Of a DNA stretch of 34,525 bases, positions 28,101-34,525 are shown piece by piece. The notes under the pieces are model-generated. The model made no database searches, was not told the DNA's origin, and saw only the letters and a list, made by a program, of their open reading frames with translations. The position numbers and the translations under genes are program-made. The first letter of the stretch is position 1; each line of letters begins with the position of its first letter. The stretch comes from a virus (taxonomy: Duplodnaviria > Caudoviricetes): positions 1 through 34,525 of IMG/VR virus record IMGVR_UViG_3300030376_007063; one strand, written 5' to 3'.

Positions 28101-28899
28101 GTTGAAATCTACCAGGATATATCGCAACAAGCTTCTCTATATTGTTTTCCTGTTCACGTATACTTCTATTTAATTTTTTATGTACACGTTTCATCTTTTT
28201 TCTTTGCGCTAAACTTGTAGGCATCCAATCTGAACCGAATGTGTACTCTTCTTTTTCTGTGTATATAGATTTGTCTTTTCGTTTCTTTGCTTTCTTTACT
28301 CCCTTTCTACTTGGAGATGGAATAATTCCAGCTGGAGCTCCAAACTCTTCATTGAATTGAACCCTAATTACTATATCCTCGTTTAGCTTTGCACTCATAG
28401 TTGTTTGTAGATGAGAAGGAATAACAACTACTTGGCTTTTCCTATTTGGTCCTACGCCCATCCACTTTAATATATCCCAACCTAGTTCATCTACAATAGC
28501 GGTAAGCTCTTTCATATGTTTTTTATCACCACCAGCTAATGTTTTATCGCCAGTCATAACGGCTCCACCGTATGAAATAGTGTTTGCTCTGCCTTTCATT
28601 AAATGTCCATCATCTTCCATAAACCCTACTTCAAAAAATGGATCTCTAGCAATATCTGAAAGTATATAATCTACAACTGGCCATCCCAATATTTTTGTGG
28701 CCTTGCTATCTGATATTTTTTTGTAATCTTTAAAGCTAGCAAAAAAATCATACAACCCTTCGTCAGAATAAACTCCTTGTACCTGTGAGCCCTCGTTTAT
28801 CCCTTTAGACTTTACGTACCTCTTGACAGTAGACTCATCCAAGACGATACAGTCCTTACCATACATTGTTTCATATATTAAGTTTTTTGCAAAATCCAT
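25132..28899 (-). CDS. Multidomain protein: cytidylyltransferase/NMNAT-like + ADP-ribosyltransferase-like + ATP-dependent (RNA) ligase-like (1255 aa)
   Basis: AIYPGRFQPFGPHH...ISGTTMR (HxGH-superfamily fold, ~27600-28135). IERG / SSGFS / SEQEL (R-S-E ART triad, ~26500-27050). VTEKLDGQN, ANIEII, EGLVFK..KFTG (ligase motifs, 25132-26370). Confidence 0.75.
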   Translation of the reverse strand: MDFAKNLIYETMYGKDCIVLDESTVKRYVKSKGINEGSQVQGVYSDEGLYDFFASFKDYKKISDSKATKILGWPVVDYILSDIARDPFFEVGFMEDDGHLMKGRANTISYGGAVMTGDKTLAGGDKKHMKELTAIVDELGWDILKWMGVGPNRKSQVVVIPSHLQTTMSAKLNEDIVIRVQFNEEFGAPAGIIPSPSRKGVKKAKKRKDKSIYTEKEEYTFGSDWMPTSLAQRKKMKRVHKKLNRSIREQENNIEKLVAIYPGRFQPFGPHHKASYEFLKSRFDEVYIVTSNKTGGTRHPMNFSQKKRHMIKMGIPSKAIVQDKQVYAPKSLMKKFDEDTTAFVFGVGQKDEGRLSGGKYFKPYRKNYNKLMGYKHHGYTLELPHSSVKVGGMEISGTTMRKLLGSEKFDVNMKKKFFKKLFGYFDPKVFDLFTTSFKEEIKLDVNVGDTILVGRFKNKKIKVKDIGKDKHGMPTINGRKIVNFRKLTEKKETFSAINKDSGKVATFDSEKARDAAIKRGTHGKVDKPKVKVPKIKFKAPKIKIPSFADLQKKKADKKAKYGNKPRKPNIVDGVDVIRDKDDLEHFKYTFTKEAETVDNVNDYGDRVAEQYRSQKENMPEDQRRQLEDDAQSWKKLGGYEAIQDAIRHGEISEQDIRDRNERMSEIAHTSAIKAEQPIERGIVIPTEDADTFLDRFVEGEMVEIPDESGHGSSGFSLSARTARFFSKPTNDYEDETSILIRIEPNENGEIRGLYIDGEDNDFDSEQELIRSSKSKASVKSVEKVKYPSGKMVIIITLQEPNELTESTIDLIDKEVGDDISKKYLEGPLNPRPKKLTKENKKELLLMGGAYGHMAHPFDDYGLTFGELKDIIDLGLQGKLDKEEAVTEKLDGQNIMISVVDGKAKAARNKGDLKSGGMDLKGVKAKFKNHIPSVRNAFVYSMKDIASSIERMSAKDQMSLFNNGKNWANIEIIYPENLNVIDYDGPATIVFHGILKYNEAWTPSGEVKSGGAKLASIINKVNGAIKTKFAFKGPNVIKMHKDKDYAAKKGKYISALSKLQNIYRLKDSDELSLYHQHFWLEYILNGANSSDFANIPDNVLYPLMKRWAFSDKSYKMTEINKLKGDYPKFVDWVKSTEKLDHAKMLKNNMRPFEDIFFGVGAEILANASNYLSVNPDKTAKKLVDDLNKASKALMAKKDFSNMDKLKTQLAKLKSMPSLTKAAPSEGLVFKYNGKVFKFTGFFAPINQILGLEKFSR

Positions 28900-28953
28900 G
28901 ATTTAACTTACTAGAATCTACACGATTCTACCTTAAATGTACATGCTTTTTTT

Positions 28954-29229
28954 CTAAATATCGCCAAATGGATCGTTCTGACTCAACTGAGCTGGCGCAT
29001 AAGTACCATAAGTTGATGATCCCTTATCGTGCCTTCCAGATATTGTCGTATCGTTTTGAAGAAGCGGTATGTCGCTTCCTGCCACCCCACCAATATCTTC
29101 CCCAGCTAACGTATCAGGTCTAGCCTGTAAATTGCCAAGAGAAGTTTCAGCTAGTGGAGACGATGCAAATCTTCCAGAAGGGCTACCAAGAGGTTTAATA
29201 TCTGGTAACGCTGTATCTTCTAAAGCCAT
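28954..29229 (-). CDS. Small hypothetical, likely disordered protein (91 aa)
   Basis: GGAG SD 7 nt upstream of ATG; fills the gap after the lysozyme; P/S/G/D-rich. Confidence 0.7.
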   Translation of the reverse strand: MALEDTALPDIKPLGSPSGRFASSPLAETSLGNLQARPDTLAGEDIGGVAGSDIPLLQNDTTISGRHDKGSSTYGTYAPAQLSQNDPFGDI

Positions 29230-29240
29230 TTGTTTTCTCC

Positions 29241-29717
29241 TTAGACTTCTAAGCTTCTTCTATACCAACCAAAGTAAAACTTTTCTAGGTCGGGCTTTCT
29301 TTCGACCAAGTTGGCATAGTATTTCAATCTGTAAGCCCTGACTCTTTCGAGCTCAGCACCTTTTAAAGCCGAGATTGTTTTGGGTCCGATGAAACCATCG
29401 ACCTTTAGATTCGCTCCTTTAGCGTTGGCAGTTTCTTGCAATATTTTAGTTGCACGACCTGCACCCATGTTTACACACATATCAAAATAGATATGACGGA
29501 GATCTTCTTCAAGATCCGCGCATTTATATTTATCCCAATAATCTCTTCTATAAATATCCTTAGCACCATCTTCTGTGAGGTTTTTAATGTCTACATCTGG
29601 ATATGCCCGTTTAGATATTCCAAAATTAGTCTCACCACCAGGGTCTTTAGGGTCATTTACATAACCACCCTCGTGATGTAATACTACTTCTACTATTTCA
29701 TCAAAAGTTATTTTCAT
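29241..29717 (-). CDS. Lysozyme, glycoside hydrolase family 108 with peptidoglycan-binding motif
   Basis: HEGGYVNDPKDPGGETNFGIS catalytic motif, FDMCVNMG, VDGFIGPKT and F..GW..R; AGGAG SD. Confidence 0.93.
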   Translation of the reverse strand: MKITFDEIVEVVLHHEGGYVNDPKDPGGETNFGISKRAYPDVDIKNLTEDGAKDIYRRDYWDKYKCADLEEDLRHIYFDMCVNMGAGRATKILQETANAKGANLKVDGFIGPKTISALKGAELERVRAYRLKYYANLVERKPDLEKFYFGWYRRSLEV

Positions 29718-29730
29718 TTTTTATTCTCCT

Positions 29731-32700
29731 TTAACATGATATTTCTACGATCATAGTACAGTCATCTAATGATACTGTTCCTGAACTAATTCTAGTTAAT
29801 ACTAAATCTACACCTATTGCATCTCCTGCAACAAACGTATATGTTCCAGCGGCAAACGTAGTATGAACACCAGAGCCACCGGCTACAAACGTATGAGTTG
29901 CATTTGCTCCACTAATATCAGAACCATTCTTAGTAACCTGTACCTTACAACTAGATCCACTACCTCCTGAACTGTTTACATCGTACTGTACTGAAACTCC
30001 TGTTACTTCACCAGCTCTAACCATTCTGTAACCTTCTCCGTTAGATGCACCGTTTGCAGCATAACCCTCAAAGGTTGTGGTCGATGTTGTTGAAATAGTG
30101 CTGTTTCTACCAAACACTAGTACCATTCTAGTCTTAGCTGCAACCTGTCTTAGACTGGAATCAAACAGTACACTTTCATTTAAATGGAGATCTCCAGCTG
30201 CAGTAAGTCTAAGTCTTTCAGCCACTGTACCGGCATTATCGGTTGAGAATATAAAGTCTCCAGTGTTTGCACTGCCCATATATTTATACGCAATTCTACC
30301 GTCAGCGTTATTGGCTCTGAAATCTAAATTGGCATAAACACCACTAGTGGCATTAGAATTGTAAATTAATATTCCATCACCTCCACTTCCTCCAGCAAGA
30401 GCGTTACCACTGTGTGCTACCGTGCTAGAATTGTTAATGTTTACCTGAAGGGTTTTATTCGTTGTCTTCGTACCAGTTCCAGTTATCGATACCCTATCTG
30501 CAGATACATCTGCGAATATTACATCGGTATCCACTGTAAAGTCACCAGTAGAAGTTATACCTCCAGTGATGTTTATATTACCCGTTCCAGTAATATCATC
30601 ACCGTTTAAATCTAAGTCGCCGCCTAATTGTGGAGTCGTATCTTCTGATAAATTTCCTAATCCACCAGCGGAAATCACCGATCCGTTAACCCTAAGTTCC
30701 GTAGCATTAATAGTTCCACCAACGTCTAACGTATAACTTGGACTGGTATCTAAAATTCCCACTCTAGCAGTACTAGCATCCCATGTCATTAAGTCCCTTA
30801 ATGGTGGGCCAAAGTTCTGAGTTCTCATTACAAGTTTAGTGTTACTACCAGTAACGTGTGCTAATGTATGTATCCCTATGCCAGCAGTACCAGGTTTGAT
30901 AAACGTCACATACGCTTCGTGCATACCGTTACTATTTTGACCCACTATATTTAGCGTAGAGGCATTTCCAAATTGTACACCGTCGTAGGACATTGCTGTG
31001 GAATGTACATTACTATTAACTGTGCCTCGTCTACCGAGCCCATAATTTCCTCCAGCAATAGTCATCTGACCGTGTATTGAAGCAGTTGGAGGATTATCCC
31101 TCGAACCTGTCATGTGAAAGAATGATCCAGACCATAAAGTTAAACCATAATTGTAATCACCTGAAAGTCCTCCTGGATGCCTATCGTGAGGAATAGTAAA
31201 ATCTGCCATTTCTGTTGGTATGCTTCCTGAACCCATGTACATCCAAGATCCACTGTACTTAGAAGCGTAAAAGAATGCTCCTCTTCCCTTCAATCCATTA
31301 TCATTATGGGCTCCAACAGTAGCTGTCATTCCCATATAATCATTTACGTCGTAATCGGTAGATCCTAGTTTATCCCTATAGTTGACTCTAACACCTAAAG
31401 AAGCACCACCGAAAAACGATTTAAATGCATTAACACCGCCACCAGGATCTCGTCCATTACCACTATTATAAGCAGCGCTTGAGGATCGTTGGCTGGATCC
31501 TACGTACATTTCTATAGAGCCTCGTTTTCCTATGTCAGAGTTACTGAGGTAACTTGAAGGAGTATTGGCAGTTGAAATGTTTGGAAGTGCACCCTTAAAA
31601 CTCATCGTCATTGCACCAGCGTCATCAGCATTCTTAAATATCAATTGAGTTCTTTCACCACCACCGTCTAACATTAATGGAGGAGGGAGTTGGAAAATTC
31701 TGTCTAATTGTAATCTAGGTTCGTCGTTATTGTTTACAAATGAAGATGTGTACTTAGAAAAGACTTTACCCGACTGCTCCTTTGATAGTCCAGCAGCACT
31801 TAGTTGCCATCCTCCTAAGTTACCAGTATTAGTAGCTGTTATATTGGTAGCAGTTATATCACCAGTCATCGTAACATCGCCACTAGTATCCAAGTGGAAG
31901 GCGTTGGTTTTTATTTCCATTGGATTCGTAGCATCAGCATCAAACTTTATGAAGTTGTTATTGTTATCGTTTGCCTTTATTAAAACGTTTCCACTGTTAT
32001 CTGCAAAGAATCCTGCATTAGTTGTTGCAGTTGTAGATGCATTGACTACTCCACCAACTCTAATACTACCAGCTGAATCTAAAACTACGGTTCCAGCAGG
32101 TGAGGTTAATCTATCACTACTTACAGTCCAACCTCCAATTTCTCCACCTGAGAACTTAGCCTTAGAGCCTGTAATTGCTCCACTACTTTTCAATATCAGT
32201 GCATCATTCGAACTAGATATTGAGTTATTTGAAATATTAAATCCACCGATTTGTCCAGCATCTGCCGTAATTGTACCAGACAGAGTAACATCTCCACCAT
32301 CTACTGTAAAGTTGCTAGTCTTTATTTTTAAATTGTTACCATTAAATTGTATGTAGCCTGTTTCAGAACTGGTTCCTGCTTTTAATAAAATATTACCACT
32401 GCTATCTACGAACATACCAGTTTCAGAAGAAGCTGTGTCTGTCACACCATCTATCGTACCCAGTTTCAGGGAAGTGTTTGTAAGTCGAAAATCTGTAGAT
32501 CCAAGTTGAAAACTTTCAGCTCTTATATCTAAAGGTGTACCTGCAGATGAATCGAAAAGAATAAAATTGTCTCCTGTTCCATCATTTACTTCAAATTTTA
32601 CAGCTGAGCTCTCCATTCCTAAAACAAAACCTAGAACATCATTATCGAATGATTGAAAAGGGTCACCAGTGAAATGTCCACCACCTGCAATATAACTGTC

Positions 32701-34524
32701 TGTTCCACCTGCTATCTTTACTTTATTTCCAAGCGACATAGAAGCATGTGTAGAGGAGAGAGCTAAATTGTTATTAGATGATGATATTGCACCTGCTGCA
32801 ATTCCGAATCCACCGATTTGTCCAGCAGTTGCTGTGACAGTACCTGTAAGGCTTGCATTTGTTGCTGTAACATTACCGCTTGAGTCCAATGAAAAATTAC
32901 CAGCATCTACAGTAAAATTATTTCCATCAAACTTTATAAACTTAGAATCATCTGCATTACTTACATTAAATTTTGCAGTACCACTATCTAAACCTATAAA
33001 AGCACCAGCCGTAGAGTTATCACCAAAGCCACTTTTCTTAACATATAAACCTTCACCGTTTGTCGTTGAATCCAACTTAACATCATTTTTACTGATCGCA
33101 CCTGTTGTAATTGTCCAACCAGCAATTGTATTTGATGCACCCAAGGAAACTAATTTTTGGTTTGAACTATTATAGATCTCTGTATTAGTACCTGTAAACT
33201 GTAATCTTGCTGCACCAGCATCTCCAACTCTAAAGTTATTTGTCGACGCCGATGATAAGAAAAATCCATCTCCATTGGCAAAATCAGTTGCACTTCTAAT
33301 AATACCCGCTGAATCAATAGTGACACTTCCACCTGTTATTGTAGAAGAATTAATAGTCCAACTAGCTATTGTGTTAGATGCACCTAGTGAAACTAACTTT
33401 GTATTTGATGAATTATAAATTTCAACATTCGTGCCTGTAAATTGTAGTCTTGCTGCGCCCGCATTTCCGACTCTAAAATTATTTGTTCCAGCAGATGATA
33501 AAAAGAAACCATTACCTGATGTAAAGTTTGTTGCACTTCTTATAATTGGAGTTCCACTGTTATTTTCTATGGCAACTGCACCGTTTCCAAGTGTTATAGA
33601 TTTAGCATTAGAATCAATTACTACATCTGTTGATTTTGAAATTGATGTTGACCCTATTGTCCAACCAGCTGCTTTTAATTCATTATTGATAAAGGAAAAG
33701 TTTTCTCCAACGAAAAATACTGGATTAGTCGATGCACTTACAAAAAATAAATTAGGTTGAGGAGTAGCACTTGTATGAGTAGTGGCGTTTGTACCTAAAG
33801 CTATAGACGCATTATTTCCATCTATCTTGGCAACAGTACCACTAGTCAATCTACCAGGTACCAATTCCCAACCAGCAAGTTTTGCAATATTTTTGGTTAT
33901 GACAACTGATGCATTTGCCAAACTACCAGATGTAACTTCTCCTTGACTTCCACTAAAGACAGCCAATCCGTACGGTGAATCTGTTGTTCCATCGTCTAAC
34001 GGTAATTTTCCTAAAACTAGTTTTGGTCTATCGTAATCTATAGATGCAGTGTATATGCTAAACGATTGAGATGTTGATGATATTGCTACAGAGCCAGCTG
34101 TACTATTTGTTTGTATAGTTCCAGGTGTTAATTCCCAACCTGCAATAATATTCTGTCTGTCAGACAATTCAACCATTACATTTCCAGCTGAATTATCGTT
34201 TGACCCATCTCCTAAAATAAATCCGTACTGATCTGAACTGATACCAAATTTACCGTTAAGATTACCCATCCTAACTTTATTCTTATTAACTGCATTTACT
34301 ATAAATGATTCGTCCGCAAATGACATAGATACTGGACCTTTACCTATTTTATCGGTCTTAAGATCCCAACCTGCAATCATGTTATCACCAGAACCAAGCT
34401 CAACCAATCTATCACCATCAGCAGTTCCAGTTCCATCAAATATCTTTAATCCGTACGCAGAACCAACTTCGCCTAAATGAACTCTATCGTTACTTCCATC
34501 GTTTATTGTAATTCTTTTTGTTGC
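29731..34524 (-). CDS. Giant tail fibre / baseplate-associated protein, 5' end outside the window (>1590 aa)
   Basis: The frame stays open from 34407 to the window edge (ATKRITINDGSNDRVHLG...). About ten (I/L)(A/G)G(W/F) repeats, a PQLGGDLDLN module and a beta-sandwich-like C-terminus. Confidence 0.85.
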   Translation of the reverse strand, partial: ATKRITINDGSNDRVHLGEVGSAYGLKIFDGTGTADGDRLVELGSGDNMIAGWDLKTDKIGKGPVSMSFADESFIVNAVNKNKVRMGNLNGKFGISSDQYGFILGDGSNDNSAGNVMVELSDRQNIIAGWELTPGTIQTNSTAGSVAISSTSQSFSIYTASIDYDRPKLVLGKLPLDDGTTDSPYGLAVFSGSQGEVTSGSLANASVVITKNIAKLAGWELVPGRLTSGTVAKIDGNNASIALGTNATTHTSATPQPNLFFVSASTNPVFFVGENFSFINNELKAAGWTIGSTSISKSTDVVIDSNAKSITLGNGAVAIENNSGTPIIRSATNFTSGNGFFLSSAGTNNFRVGNAGAARLQFTGTNVEIYNSSNTKLVSLGASNTIASWTINSSTITGGSVTIDSAGIIRSATDFANGDGFFLSSASTNNFRVGDAGAARLQFTGTNTEIYNSSNQKLVSLGASNTIAGWTITTGAISKNDVKLDSTTNGEGLYVKKSGFGDNSTAGAFIGLDSGTAKFNVSNADDSKFIKFDGNNFTVDAGNFSLDSSGNVTATNASLTGTVTATAGQIGGFGIAAGAISSSNNNLALSSTHASMSLGNKVKIAGGTDSYIAGGGHFTGDPFQSFDNDVLGFVLGMESSAVKFEVNDGTGDNFILFDSSAGTPLDIRAESFQLGSTDFRLTNTSLKLGTIDGVTDTASSETGMFVDSSGNILLKAGTSSETGYIQFNGNNLKIKTSNFTVDGGDVTLSGTITADAGQIGGFNISNNSISSSNDALILKSSGAITGSKAKFSGGEIGGWTVSSDRLTSPAGTVVLDSAGSIRVGGVVNASTTATTNAGFFADNSGNVLIKANDNNNNFIKFDADATNPMEIKTNAFHLDTSGDVTMTGDITATNITATNTGNLGGWQLSAAGLSKEQSGKVFSKYTSSFVNNNDEPRLQLDRIFQLPPPLMLDGGGERTQLIFKNADDAGAMTMSFKGALPNISTANTPSSYLSNSDIGKRGSIEMYVGSSQRSSSAAYNSGNGRDPGGGVNAFKSFFGGASLGVRVNYRDKLGSTDYDVNDYMGMTATVGAHNDNGLKGRGAFFYASKYSGSWMYMGSGSIPTEMADFTIPHDRHPGGLSGDYNYGLTLWSGSFFHMTGSRDNPPTASIHGQMTIAGGNYGLGRRGTVNSNVHSTAMSYDGVQFGNASTLNIVGQNSNGMHEAYVTFIKPGTAGIGIHTLAHVTGSNTKLVMRTQNFGPPLRDLMTWDASTARVGILDTSPSYTLDVGGTINATELRVNGSVISAGGLGNLSEDTTPQLGGDLDLNGDDITGTGNINITGGITSTGDFTVDTDVIFADVSADRVSITGTGTKTTNKTLQVNINNSSTVAHSGNALAGGSGGDGILIYNSNATSGVYANLDFRANNADGRIAYKYMGSANTGDFIFSTDNAGTVAERLRLTAAGDLHLNESVLFDSSLRQVAAKTRMVLVFGRNSTISTTSTTTFEGYAANGASNGEGYRMVRAGEVTGVSVQYDVNSSGGSGSSCKVQVTKNGSDISGANATHTFVAGGSGVHTTFAAGTYTFVAGDAIGVDLVLTRISSGTVSLDDCTMIVEISC
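33109..33546 (-). repeat. Tandem 243-nt (81-aa) internal duplication
   Basis: IIRSAT.F..G.GFFLSSA.TNNFRVG.AGAARLQFTGTN.EIYNSSN.KLVSLGASNTIA.WTI occurs twice; TTGCACTTCT anchors at 33288 and 33531. Confidence 0.9.
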
Positions 34525-34525
34525 A

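Noticed and set aside
9490-28956. Stop-codon reassignment (seen in some large phages)
   Set aside because: Core genes are intact in code 11, and TAG ends genes at sensible boundaries (9490, 21236, 28954).
3084-33760. Numerous short + strand ORFs
   Set aside because: All are antisense to long, well-supported minus-strand genes and have no recognisable motifs; they are typical mirror frames.

Overview
This is the virion morphogenesis region of a large, AT-rich, T4-like (myovirus-type) bacteriophage of the kind that encodes ribosomal protein bS21. Every credible gene is on the minus strand. In transcription order (right to left) the genes are: a 5'-truncated giant fibre/baseplate-like protein, a GH108 lysozyme, a small ORF, a 1255-aa multidomain protein, a Zn-finger ORF, terminase large subunit, portal, two head-region hypotheticals, prohead protease, two more head-region ORFs, bS21, acidic scaffold, major capsid protein, gp13- and gp14-like neck proteins, a gp15-like protein with a ~950-aa extension, further fibre-like proteins, and a 3'-truncated collagen-like protein that the ORF track missed. 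The 1255-aa protein has nucleotidyltransferase-like, ADP-ribosyltransferase-like and ATP-dependent ligase-like domains. The most interesting signals are five. (1) A fibre gene is built as an in-frame cassette array, with eight 33-nt repeats conserved even at synonymous sites separating largely unrelated modules. (2) The tri-enzyme protein has possible prohead-protease sites in its linkers. (3) bS21 sits among genes with strong Shine-Dalgarno (SD) sites. (4) A recurrent intergenic motif reads as an inverted T4 late promoter and is often followed by a palindrome. (5) The scaffold/capsid leader contains a hairpin whose loop is complementary to its own SD. All calls come from reading motifs by eye; no searches were run and the host is unknown.
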